A program made the position numbers and the translations under genes. DNA of 64,000 bases from Capsulimonadales bacterium (GTDB lineage Bacteria; Armatimonadota; Armatimonadia; Armatimonadales; Armatimonadaceae): the NCBI GenBank assembly GCA_033762295.1, contig JANRLW010000126.1:1-64000 (forward strand), read 5' to 3'. Under the pieces are notes generated by a model. It was not told where the DNA came from. It searched no databases and saw only the letters and a list, made by a program, of their open reading frames with translations. Positions 55,155-64,000 of this stretch are shown piece after piece (position 1 is the stretch's first letter; the number at the start of each line of letters is the position of its first letter).

Positions 55155-56144
55155 TCAACCGAGGTAGCGAAGCGTCGGATAAAGGTAGCCACGGACGTAG
55201 TCGGCAATCGCCTCTCCGAGGGAGTAACGGGGCAGGGGACATCCGGTCGCCGCGAGTTTGTCCATGCTCGCTTCGGTGAAGTACTGGTATCGTCCCTGCA
55301 GTTCCTCGGGCATGGGGATGTATTCGATCCGGGGAGGACGTTCCAGCGCGGTAAAGAGCCCGTAGGCGAGGTCGTTCCAGGACCGCGCCTGGCCGGTCCC
55401 CAGATTGAACAGCCCGTTCACGGACGGGTGGTTCAAAAGCCACCAGAGGCAATCGGCGCAATCCTTGACGTAAATGAAATCGCGCTTCTGATCGCCGTCG
55501 TTGTAGTCGTCACGGTACGAGCGGAACAGTCGGATGGAACCCGTTTCCAGGATCTGCTGGCATCCCCGGTAGACATGGCTGACCATTCCCTCTTTATGAT
55601 ATTCGTTGGGACCGAAAACGTTAAAGAACTTCAGTCCGACGATTCTCTCCGCAAGTCCGGTTCGCTTCGCGTAGAGATCGAAAAGCTGTTTGGAATACCC
55701 GTACATATTGAGGGGCATCAAGGTTTCGATCGGAACCTCGTCGGAGAAGCCGTTCTCACCGTCTCCGTAGGTCGCCGCGCTGGAGGCGTAGATAAATCGG
55801 AAGTTGCGCTCGACCGCCCATTCCGCGAGTCGCTGGGTATACCGATAGTTGTTTTCGATCAGGTGATCGGCGTCGCGTTCCGTGGTCGACGAGTTCGCGC
55901 CCATATGAACGATGGCATCAGGGACAGGGTCGATATGGTTCGCCAGGACCGACGACGCGAGTTCGCTCTTATCCCAGTAATCCCGGAACCGAAGACCGCG
56001 CAGGTTTTTCCACTTATCGGAGGTGCCGAGTTCGTCAACGATCAGAATATCGTCGATGCCTTCGAGATTCAGTTTTCGAACGAAGGCGCTGCCGATGAAA
56101 CCCGCGCCTCCCGTAACTATAACGCGCATGTTCCATTTAACCAT
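55155..56144 (-). CDS. hldD: ADP-L-glycero-D-manno-heptose 6-epimerase
   Basis: VTGGAGFIGS, HMGANSSTTE, YASSAATYG, YGYSK, RDFIYVKD, YQYFTEA. Confidence 0.93.
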   Translation of the reverse strand: MVKWNMRVIVTGGAGFIGSAFVRKLNLEGIDDILIVDELGTSDKWKNLRGLRFRDYWDKSELASSVLANHIDPVPDAIVHMGANSSTTERDADHLIENNYRYTQRLAEWAVERNFRFIYASSAATYGDGENGFSDEVPIETLMPLNMYGYSKQLFDLYAKRTGLAERIVGLKFFNVFGPNEYHKEGMVSHVYRGCQQILETGSIRLFRSYRDDYNDGDQKRDFIYVKDCADCLWWLLNHPSVNGLFNLGTGQARSWNDLAYGLFTALERPPRIEYIPMPEELQGRYQYFTEASMDKLAATGCPLPRYSLGEAIADYVRGYLYPTLRYLG

Positions 56145-56153
56145 GCCGCCGCA

Positions 56154-56906
56154 TTACGGGTCGGCGACGGGGTCGGGATACAGATGGGGAAAGAGGGTTC
56201 GAACGTTATCGACCGGTTCATAACCGAGGACCTCGCGGAGCGGTTTCCGACTGAGTCTTTCGCGGCCGGAAACGGAGGTCGCAAAGATCAGGTGATAGGT
56301 CAGTCCGGGTTTTTCGATGCAGGCGGAAAGAATTCCCGCCGCGTCGCGCGGCGAGAGCCAGATATCGCGCGACCAGGAGCGTTCCGGGTCCAAAAGGATG
56401 GGATGGTCATAGTTGAGAAAGTGACCGATCCGAACGCCGACGAACTCTATTCCGTGCCGATCGTAGTACCACCGGCCGAGCACCTCGCCCAGAACTTTGG
56501 TCACCCCGTAGAGGGTGATCGGGCGGACCGGGTCGGTCACCTCGATGGTGGTTTCGTGCGGATAGTAGGCGACGGTCTGGACGGTCGAGGCGAAGACGAT
56601 GCGTCGAACGCCCGCTTCCCTGGCCGCCTCAAAGGTATTGTACAGGCCGACGACATTATTCGGGACCAGTTCGTCGAGGAACGGGGCCTCGTCCGAGGTC
56701 GCGGCGAGATGGACGAGGACATCCGCACCCTCCATCGCCTGCCGGAGAATCTCCCGGTCCGAAAGGTCGGCGATTATCGTTTCGGGTTCGTTCGGGATCG
56801 GCTGGCGATCCAGAAGGCGAACATCGAATCGTTCGCGGAAAGTGGGTAGGAGGTGGGGGCCGATACGCCCACCCGGACCGGTAACCAGAACCGTAAGTCG
56901 TTGCAT
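56154..56906 (-). CDS. NAD-dependent epimerase/dehydratase (uronate dehydrogenase-like)
   Basis: LVTGPGGRIG, YGVTK, RIG, WLSPRD. Confidence 0.82.
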   Translation of the reverse strand: MQRLTVLVTGPGGRIGPHLLPTFRERFDVRLLDRQPIPNEPETIIADLSDREILRQAMEGADVLVHLAATSDEAPFLDELVPNNVVGLYNTFEAAREAGVRRIVFASTVQTVAYYPHETTIEVTDPVRPITLYGVTKVLGEVLGRWYYDRHGIEFVGVRIGHFLNYDHPILLDPERSWSRDIWLSPRDAAGILSACIEKPGLTYHLIFATSVSGRERLSRKPLREVLGYEPVDNVRTLFPHLYPDPVADP

Positions 56907-56929
56907 ACGGCCAATTTTACCCGAAACGA

Positions 56930-57496
56930 TCAGGGTAACCGGACGATGTTCGCTTCATACATCAGGAAGGCGTACATTTCCCGTGACTTCGGGTGTTCGT
57001 CCAGCCACTGTTTGACGCGAACGAGTTCGTCATAGTCCGCGCTGCCGAACGTCTGGCGGAGCCGCTGTTCCTTTTGACGGACGAGTTCCGTTTTTCGGAC
57101 ATCCTCCTGCCAGGCTTTGCTGAAGATCCGGTGGATATCGTCGTGCAGGTTTCTGGCACGAAGCGTTTCCCATTCGTTGGCGTCGAACCAGATGCCGCCA
57201 CAATGGAAGCACCGGTCCAGGGAAAAGCCGGTGTCACGGCCGACTTTATAGGCAACCAGAATGCCCGAGCAGTCCGGGCACCGTTTCGCCTGATTGGGTT
57301 CGGAGGTTTCGATCGGCCCGATTTGCTGCGCCGGGCGTTCGGGCCGGTTGGGTCCGGCCTTATCCAGCCAGTCAAAATACGTATTCGACGGAAGGAAACG
57401 CCCCAGGCAGTGGGCGCAGGTCAGCATGGTCAGGCCATTTTCCACCTCCTCCTGCTGCAAACGGACTCCGGGGCAGAGCGGACATTCCATAGACAT
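56930..57496 (-). CDS. zf-TFIIB-type double zinc-ribbon protein
   Basis: CPLC...CAHC and CPDC...LDRCFHCGGIWFDANEW. Confidence 0.8.
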   Translation of the reverse strand: MSMECPLCPGVRLQQEEVENGLTMLTCAHCLGRFLPSNTYFDWLDKAGPNRPERPAQQIGPIETSEPNQAKRCPDCSGILVAYKVGRDTGFSLDRCFHCGGIWFDANEWETLRARNLHDDIHRIFSKAWQEDVRKTELVRQKEQRLRQTFGSADYDELVRVKQWLDEHPKSREMYAFLMYEANIVRLP

Positions 57497-57510
57497 AAGC
57501 CCTTTACCAA

Positions 57511-58614
57511 TCACCGTGTGCCGCCCGGCGTCGACGCCGTGGCGGCGGTGGCGCGACCGGGAACGCGAGAGATGGCGCATCCGAAAGAGGTTCGATCCGC
57601 CTTGACCGGGTTCTTTCCGGACAGAACGGCATCGAGCGCGGACCGGAGATCATTGGATGTCACGCGGATCGGATTCCGGTTATCGTCGAATCGCCCGTGG
57701 TAGCGGAGAATTCCGTTTTTGTCCAGAAGGAACACTTCGGGGGTCGTATGCGCCCCCAGCCGATCCGCGATCACATTATCCCGGTCTTTCAGCATCGGAA
57801 AGTCGAAGAGGGCTTTCCAGGCATGTCCGGCGGCCTGCGAGGACGTCTCGTCATGCGCCGAGTTGATGGCCAGGAAGCGCACGCCGCGTTTCATATAGAG
57901 ATCGGAAAGCGTCCGGATTCGTTCATCGTAGCGGCGGGAACACGGACAATGGGAGGAGACGAACAGAACGACGGTGGCCTTCTGCGTTCCCGTTCCGTAA
58001 AGACTGACCGGCTGGCGGTCGCGAGCGGTCGGCAGCGTAAAGTTGGCGACTTTTTTGCCAATGTAGCGGGAGGGCGGTTGCGGATGGGTATCGAGGCAGG
58101 CGGCGGTCAGGTCGACCATCTGCGACCCGAACTGGTCTCCCTGGAACTCACGGATCGGGAGCATGATCTTTCCGTCCGGTCCGATGACATAAGCGCCACG
58201 ACCGTCCGGCTGGCCCGGAATTCCGTAGGCTTCCGCCACCTTGCCGTCCGGATCGGAGAGGATCGCAAAATCGAACCCTTCCCGGGAATGGAGTTCATGC
58301 GCGGTCTCGACCGACATCGGGGTGATGACGAACACCTTGACACCCATCGTATCGAACTCGCAGATCTCTTTATTCAGTGAGCGGAGTTGCCGGAGCGATG
58401 CCGGATCGTGACCCGGAAGAAAGGCGATCGCGATACCGATTCCACGGTAATTTTCCAGCCGGTGTTCGTCACCGGTGCTGCCGACCAGGGCGAACGCCGG
58501 CGCGGGTTCTCCGGCCGGAAGCATCGTTGCCGGGTGATCGGCCGCTCGAACCGTCGTGGCAAGGAACGAGCAAAGTACGAGGAGAACACCCAAAATAGTG
58601 GTTTTCAGAGACAT
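57511..58614 (-). CDS. Secreted tandem redoxin (AhpC/TSA) domain protein
   Basis: Signal peptide; two thioredoxin-fold domains (GEPAPAF.L...LSDPDG.VA..YG; HCPCS...TTPEVF...YHGRFDD...SFGCAI). Confidence 0.8.
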   Translation of the reverse strand: MSLKTTILGVLLVLCSFLATTVRAADHPATMLPAGEPAPAFALVGSTGDEHRLENYRGIGIAIAFLPGHDPASLRQLRSLNKEICEFDTMGVKVFVITPMSVETAHELHSREGFDFAILSDPDGKVAEAYGIPGQPDGRGAYVIGPDGKIMLPIREFQGDQFGSQMVDLTAACLDTHPQPPSRYIGKKVANFTLPTARDRQPVSLYGTGTQKATVVLFVSSHCPCSRRYDERIRTLSDLYMKRGVRFLAINSAHDETSSQAAGHAWKALFDFPMLKDRDNVIADRLGAHTTPEVFLLDKNGILRYHGRFDDNRNPIRVTSNDLRSALDAVLSGKNPVKADRTSFGCAISRVPGRATAATASTPGGTR

Positions 58615-58843
58615 TGAAACACCATCCTGCCCGAACTATTTCAACCGTTACCCTACGAAAAACCCAACATTCGTACGGCATCAATTTCTTATCGGTCGTT
58701 TTGCCGTCGTAACATAGGCCGGTTTCGGACCCGAAGGCGCGGTTGCCGGGTCGGAACGTCGTCGAACGAAGGAGCGGATCGATAGGTTAAATGGGGTACA
58801 TTCGGAAGGGAAACCGCAATTTGAATTCAGAAAGGCTGGATCC

Positions 58844-59329
58844 ATGCCGGCAAAGAAATACTCCGCGCCACCGCCGATGACGATCGACCTGAACCGAAAG
58901 TATCAGGCGACCTTTGAAACGTCACGCGGAAACATCGTCGTCGACCTTTTCGCAGCGGACGCGCCGCTCACCGTCAATAATTTCGTGTTCCTGGCCCGCG
59001 ACGGGTTCTACGATAACACGACCTTCCACCGGGTGATTGAGAACTTCATGGTTCAGGGCGGCGATCCGGAGGGCACGGGAATGGGGGGACCGGGGTACCG
59101 TTTCCGTGACGAGACCGTCGGCAATCCGCACCGGCATCAGGTCGGTTCGCTCTCGATGGCCAATGCCGGACCGAACACCAACGGGTCCCAGTTCTTCATC
59201 ACGCACGTCGTGACCGACTGGCTCGATGGAAAGCATACCGTGTTCGGGCAGGTGGCATCGGGCCAGGACATCGTGAATGCGATCCGCAAGGGGGACACGC
59301 TGAAAACGGTACGGATCGCGGAGGTGTGA
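58844..59329 (+). CDS. Cyclophilin-type peptidyl-prolyl cis-trans isomerase
   Basis: FHRVIENFMVQGGDP, SMANAGPNTNGSQFFI, WLDGKHTVFG. Confidence 0.95.
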   Translation: MPAKKYSAPPPMTIDLNRKYQATFETSRGNIVVDLFAADAPLTVNNFVFLARDGFYDNTTFHRVIENFMVQGGDPEGTGMGGPGYRFRDETVGNPHRHQVGSLSMANAGPNTNGSQFFITHVVTDWLDGKHTVFGQVASGQDIVNAIRKGDTLKTVRIAEV

Positions 59330-59341
59330 CGGGCCGACCGG

Positions 59342-59380
59342 ACCGGCGGATCGAACCGGCGGATCGAACCGGCGGACCGG
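59342..59380. repeat. Short tandem repeat (13-bp unit ACCGGCGGATCGA, about 3 copies)
   Basis: Two perfect copies and one degenerate copy after the cyclophilin stop. Confidence 0.6.
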
Positions 59381-59408
59381 GGAGAACTCGGCTCTCCCCG
59401 GTCCGACC

Positions 59409-59933
59409 TTACCCGGCTTTTTCGGGAATCGGCTGTCGGTGGCGGAAGAAACGAAGGGCTTCGATCAGCGCGGTAACTTCGGTTTCGTCCGAAAGCGGAC
59501 AAAGTCCGAGCAGATCACAAAGATCGGCGGAAGCGGACTCCGGGAGGGGACGCCCGTGGGGCTTTCCGTCCGTGAACGGCTGCTCGAGGACATGAAACGC
59601 CCGGTGGCGCGAATCCGAACGTTCGGTCACCGGAGCGTCCGTCCAGAGTCCGTCTCTCCAGAGAAGGCGCAAAATATGGCTGACATGAAAGTGAGCCGAC
59701 TCCACGCTTTCCAGAACCGGGTTAAAGACAATTCCAAGGCGCTTTTCTTCGCCGCATCGGGTCGCTTTGATGTGTTGAAGCAGGGCGTCCAGATGCTCCT
59801 GGCACTGTCTCAACTCATCCAACAACATCCATGTAGTCAAAACTAACCGTTTCCCGGTGCCGGTTTCCGTTGTGTGGACATAAACCGGTGTGCAAAATTC
59901 GGTAATTTCATCATTTTTGAATTCATCTGCCAT
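59409..59933 (-). CDS. Hypothetical protein
   Basis: 174-aa ORF with protein-like composition; no family recognised. Confidence 0.55.
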   Translation of the reverse strand: MADEFKNDEITEFCTPVYVHTTETGTGKRLVLTTWMLLDELRQCQEHLDALLQHIKATRCGEEKRLGIVFNPVLESVESAHFHVSHILRLLWRDGLWTDAPVTERSDSRHRAFHVLEQPFTDGKPHGRPLPESASADLCDLLGLCPLSDETEVTALIEALRFFRHRQPIPEKAG

Positions 59934-60193
59934 ACCGATTCCGTTTTTGACCTTCCGAACGCTTCGATTTGATCGATAATCGGCGACTTTCGCGTCCTTT
60001 CTATCGCCGAATGCCCTAAACTTGTTTTCGGGAAGTCGGCAAAGTTTCTTAACCTGTCAGAAAAGCTGATACGGTTCCCCTGCAGGAGGATGAAAGAGGG
60101 AAAACGGGAAAGGATCAGCGTTGACAACGGGCGCGAAACATGGAAGGAAGCGGGGAGAACGGCGCTCCCCGCCGGAACCTGTGGCACGAACGG

Positions 60194-60403
60194 TCAGGAA
60201 TCTCCCCGTGATCGGCTGAGCAGTGGAAGACCGGTCGACTCACTTTCGGTAACAATATATCCGTCGGGCAACTGATCGAGGGCGCCTTCCTTCAATTCCT
60301 TACGAAAGAAATACAGGGTACGTCGCCCTCCCTTGGTCTGAGTCGTCTGCGCATGCAGGTAGTAGACCGTACCGTTCTTCTTGCTGGTGACGCTGTAAGC
60401 CAT
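60194..60403 (-). CDS. Small hypothetical protein
   Basis: AGGAGG RBS; MAYSVTSKKNGTVYYLH...LYFF...LPDGY.V.ES..TGLPLL; hairpin downstream (~60150-60172). Confidence 0.75.
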   Translation of the reverse strand: MAYSVTSKKNGTVYYLHAQTTQTKGGRRTLYFFRKELKEGALDQLPDGYIVTESESTGLPLLSRSRGDS

Positions 60404-60591
60404 TTGACGAATATCCTCCTGTTGACCGATCGGGCGGGACGGCGGAAAACCAGGCTCGCCGAAGAATATCCGCAGTAATACCCGATTTAGCGGTAATTCG
60501 CTACACAGGTAGCCGTTTCCTTCCGTTTTGAAGTGTCGGCCCGATGAGAGGACGATCGTGCGCCGAAACGGTCGCCATGTTATAACATGGC

Positions 60592-63500
60592 ATGGGTTTC
60601 CGATCGCTTTTCCCGCTCCGATGCCTCTCCCTTATGCTCTGTGCGTGCCTCTCCGTTCCGTTGCCCGCCCTTCCGACCGAACGGGCCCCGAAGCGACCGG
60701 CGACCGGGAAGGAGGAGGGAACCGGACCGGCTCGTCGGAAACCGGGAACGCCGCCCCCTCTGCCAAAGCCGACCGTCGCCCGAACACCGAATACACGCCC
60801 GTTGTTACGGCCGAACGAGTTTCTCGCGCCATCGCAGTTGCGACGCGGCATGAAAGGCGTGGGGTTGACCGTCTTTCAGGGAAATCGGATCGAACGTTTC
60901 GATGTGACGATTCTGGGGGTGGTCCGCAAGGCGAACAACGGGCGCGATCTAATTCTCGTCCGGCTTTCCGGGCCGACGTTGCGGCGGGTCAGCGACATTA
61001 TTTCGGGAATGAGCGGTTCGCCGGTCTATGTCGGGGGAAAGATCATCGGCGCGGTGGCCTACGGCGCATCGTTTACGCGGGAAAGCATCGGGTATGTGAC
61101 TCCGATCGAGGATATGCTGGAGGCGTGGGACCCGGGGCTTCCGCAGACGCCGGATGACAATCCGGCTCCGTTACCGGAACCCCCCGACTCGGATTTGACG
61201 GTGCCGCTTTTCGTATCCGGACAGCGTTACGACCGGGTCCGAATCGATTCGGCGCGTACCGGCGCTTCGCCCCCCGGCGTCCTTCGATTACGCCCGCTGA
61301 TGGCCCGGGTGACGGTCACGGGCGTTTCCGGCCCCCGGTTCGCGACGGTCGCACGAGAGCTGGCCGAAATCGGCCTGGACGCCCGGCGGAACGGGGGAGG
61401 CGTCGCGGCCCCCGGACTGACCGGGTCGCCGTTGACCCCCGGCGGGGCGGTGGCCATGAGTCTGGCGACCGGCGACATCGACATTACCGGGATCGGGACG
61501 GTGACCTACCGGCGTGGCGATCGAATCGTCGCCTTCGGACACCCGTTTCTCGGTATCGGGCCGTTGCGGGCACCGATGTTCACCGCCTATATCCATGACA
61601 TCCAACCCTCGTTCAACGAATCGCAGAAGGTCGGGTCGCCGGTGACGCTGGTTGGTGCCTTCTCTCAGGATCGACCCTATTCCATCAGCGGACGGATCGG
61701 TGACACCCCGTCCATGATGCCGTTGACCGTTCGGGTGCGCGACCGAATGATGGGGAAGGTTCGCACTTTCAAAGCGAAATTGATTCGCCATCCGCTTTTG
61801 CTTTCGCGGCTCATCAATATCGCGTCCTCGGCGGCGGTGGCCGAGATTCACGGGCAGCCGGGTGAGGCGACCGCGGTGGTGACCACGACGGTGGAAACCG
61901 AGGGTTTCGGAACGATCCGCCGGACCAACCGCGTCCAGGACAGCGCCGCGATCGAGGGAGCGGTCGGCGAGGATCTGAAGAACGCCGTCAATTTTCTTCT
62001 GAACAACTCGTACGGACGGGTCGGGATCCGGTCCGTCGCTATGGAAGTGGATATCACGCCGGGGAAACAGACCGCGACCATCGAACGGATCTTTTTACCC
62101 GGTACCCGATTCGAACCGGGCGAGACCATCGAGGTGGGCGCGGTCCTCAAACCGTACCGTAAGCCCGAACAGGTTCGCCGCCTGACCCTGAAGATTCCGC
62201 CCGGCACGGCTCCGGGAGTCTATAATCTGACGGTCCAGGGTGGGCCGACCGGGTACGCCTCCTCCGGACTCCTTTCCCTTTTCATGGGGCGCGGGATCGA
62301 TTTTAGCGGCACCACCAGCGTCCCGCAGATGATCCGTCGTTACGGGGAACGGGACCGGAACGACGCGCTGGTCGCCCGCCTGACGCTGCCGACATCCTCG
62401 CTTTCCGTCCGTGGTGAAAAGCTGGACGGACTCCCTCCCAACCTGGAGGCGGTTCTGCGAATGATCGCCGGGCGGACCTCCGGAACCCGACTGGAACGGG
62501 ACGAATGCAAGACCGTGGCGACAACGCCGTGGGTTCTGTCCGGTATGCAGACTCTGCCGGTCCGAATCGGAGTAAAAGGCGGCGTCGAACCGGTTCCCGG
62601 TTCGCCCGTCGTCGCCCCGTCGGCTCCGTCGCCGGAGGCCGGTCTGCCACTCCCCGCACCGGTCCCCCCTTCGCCTCAGTCGGCTGACCGTGGCACGGGA
62701 GGGGTTGTGCGTCGGGAGAGCGGATCGGAGCGAGTGAGCGAGGTGCGCGATACGGCACGAGATCCCGGCACGGGCGGGTCGGAAGCGAACGAAGGGGCGG
62801 AGCGAACCGGGGCGTCCCCGGAGTCCGCTCCGGAACCGGCCTCCGCCGCGCCGAAAATGGTCGGGCGTCCTCCGGGAATCTGGCGGCAGGTGGCGCCCAA
62901 CGATTTTCGTTCGGGGGTTCGGGATGGGGTGACACTGACCGGCCAGGGAACGCTGCAGTTCGGCCCGCGTCTTCGGCGTATCGCGGACTGCAACGAACCG
63001 GTCTTCTGGTGTCTGACATCGGACGGTGAGGGCGGCGTCTTTGCCGGGAGCGGGGAGCAGGGACGGATCTACCGGGTATCGACCGGCGGGAAGTGTGACG
63101 TCGTCGCAACGACCGGGGAGATTGCCGTCCATACGATGGTTCGGTCAGGAAACGGGGATCTGTTTGCCGGAACCTCGCCAAATGGGAAGGTGTTCCGAAT
63201 GCGCCCGGACGGAAAGGTGCGACTGCTGTTCCGGGCGGAGGAAAAGCACGTCCTCTCTCTGGCGCTTTCGCCCGACGAGACGATACTTTATGCCGCGACC
63301 GGGGGACCCCGTGCCGCCGTTTATGCCGTTCCGCTCTCCGGGTCAGGCGGAGTCACGACCGTTTACCGAAGCGGCGAAGGCAGCGTGACGACGCTCCATT
63401 GCGATCGGGACGGAACTCTGTATGCGGGCACCGCGCCGAACGGGCTGTTTCTTCGCCTGACCGGATCGAACGGCCGGGCGATCGAACGGCCCGAAGTCCG

Positions 63501-64000
63501 GTTCGACGCGCCGGAGCCGGCCATCACCGGAATCCGGGTTCGCCCCGACGGCGGAGCCTACCTGACAACCGCGCCACGCGGAATGCTGTACCGGGTTTCT
63601 CCTGAACGTGTCCCTGAACCCCTGACCGAACGGCCGTTTTCCGGGCCATTGAACGGACTGGTCGGGTCGGCCGACGGCACACTGTATTCGGCGGTCGGCA
63701 ACACGATCGTTTCCGTTGATCCGGTCACCGACCGGGTGAGGATGACGGACGCCCCGACCGATGTGCTCTTTACTCAGGTCTGTCTCACGGCGAATGGAAC
63801 CCTGTTTGCGGCCACCGGCGGGGTCGCCTCGGTCTTTGCTCCGGACTCGAGCGGACCGGCAGCGGGTACCTACGTTTCCCCGGTTTTCGATGCGCGAAGC
63901 GTGGTCCGATGGGGAACGCTCCGGTTTTTCGGAGAGGTTTCCCGCGATGGGACCTTGAAAATCCGAACCCGGACCGGAAATACGGCGGACCCGGATTCCG
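60592..64000 (+). CDS. SpoIVB peptidase S55 domain protein fused to a beta-propeller (partial, runs off the window)
   Basis: Translated by hand: GMKGVGLTVFQG..IERF, GMSGSPVY..GKIIGAVAYG, AFGHPF, then propeller repeats; absent from the ORF track, consistent with no stop inside the window. Confidence 0.85.
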   Translation, partial: MGFRSLFPLRCLSLMLCACLSVPLPALPTERAPKRPATGKEEGTGPARRKPGTPPPLPKPTVARTPNTRPLLRPNEFLAPSQLRRGMKGVGLTVFQGNRIERFDVTILGVVRKANNGRDLILVRLSGPTLRRVSDIISGMSGSPVYVGGKIIGAVAYGASFTRESIGYVTPIEDMLEAWDPGLPQTPDDNPAPLPEPPDSDLTVPLFVSGQRYDRVRIDSARTGASPPGVLRLRPLMARVTVTGVSGPRFATVARELAEIGLDARRNGGGVAAPGLTGSPLTPGGAVAMSLATGDIDITGIGTVTYRRGDRIVAFGHPFLGIGPLRAPMFTAYIHDIQPSFNESQKVGSPVTLVGAFSQDRPYSISGRIGDTPSMMPLTVRVRDRMMGKVRTFKAKLIRHPLLLSRLINIASSAAVAEIHGQPGEATAVVTTTVETEGFGTIRRTNRVQDSAAIEGAVGEDLKNAVNFLLNNSYGRVGIRSVAMEVDITPGKQTATIERIFLPGTRFEPGETIEVGAVLKPYRKPEQVRRLTLKIPPGTAPGVYNLTVQGGPTGYASSGLLSLFMGRGIDFSGTTSVPQMIRRYGERDRNDALVARLTLPTSSLSVRGEKLDGLPPNLEAVLRMIAGRTSGTRLERDECKTVATTPWVLSGMQTLPVRIGVKGGVEPVPGSPVVAPSAPSPEAGLPLPAPVPPSPQSADRGTGGVVRRESGSERVSEVRDTARDPGTGGSEANEGAERTGASPESAPEPASAAPKMVGRPPGIWRQVAPNDFRSGVRDGVTLTGQGTLQFGPRLRRIADCNEPVFWCLTSDGEGGVFAGSGEQGRIYRVSTGGKCDVVATTGEIAVHTMVRSGNGDLFAGTSPNGKVFRMRPDGKVRLLFRAEEKHVLSLALSPDETILYAATGGPRAAVYAVPLSGSGGVTTVYRSGEGSVTTLHCDRDGTLYAGTAPNGLFLRLTGSNGRAIERPEVRFDAPEPAITGIRVRPDGGAYLTTAPRGMLYRVSPERVPEPLTERPFSGPLNGLVGSADGTLYSAVGNTIVSVDPVTDRVRMTDAPTDVLFTQVCLTANGTLFAATGGVASVFAPDSSGPAAGTYVSPVFDARSVVRWGTLRFFGEVSRDGTLKIRTRTGNTADPDS

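Noticed and set aside
59342..59380. 13-bp tandem repeat considered as a CRISPR remnant
   Set aside because: No spacers, unit too short, and no cas genes in the window

Overview
High-GC bacterial chromosome segment. The phylum is most likely Armatimonadota, inferred from the DUF1559 prepilin-type gene, the Ig-repeat lipoproteins and the S55-propeller fusion; hldD and a TolC domain indicate a diderm envelope. (1) 1-~7520 is the right part of a lower-GC integrative element with no virion genes in view. It carries an AEP primase/AAA helicase, an iteron-like origin, an excisionase-type HTH, a large unknown protein and a large serine recombinase whose ORF runs antisense into the tRNA-His gene at the integration site. 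(2) 7.7-12.6 kb holds two BtuF-like proteins, trxA, a PepSY-TM gene, a DUF1559 gene and a VOC gene. (3) 12567-27130 is a five-gene hybrid NRPS/PKS operon: A-T; KS-AT-ACP-aminotransferase-C-A(Gly)-T; C-T-TE; a membrane-anchored hydrolase; an Sfp-type PPTase. (4) rbfA-nrnA-truB-ribF and a methyltransferase follow. (5) A TetR-regulated efflux operon encodes the RND permease and a TolC-like channel as one 1520-aa ORF joined by an internal signal-peptide-like segment. (6) An AcuC/HDAC gene, a YaeQ-like gene and a three-gene surface-protein cluster. (7) mnmA, YtxH, STAS, an AI-2E transporter with an apparently circularly permuted FN3 insertion, sugar enzymes, a redoxin, a cyclophilin and a partial SpoIVB-S55/beta-propeller gene. 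All assignments come from reading motifs by eye; no searches were run.
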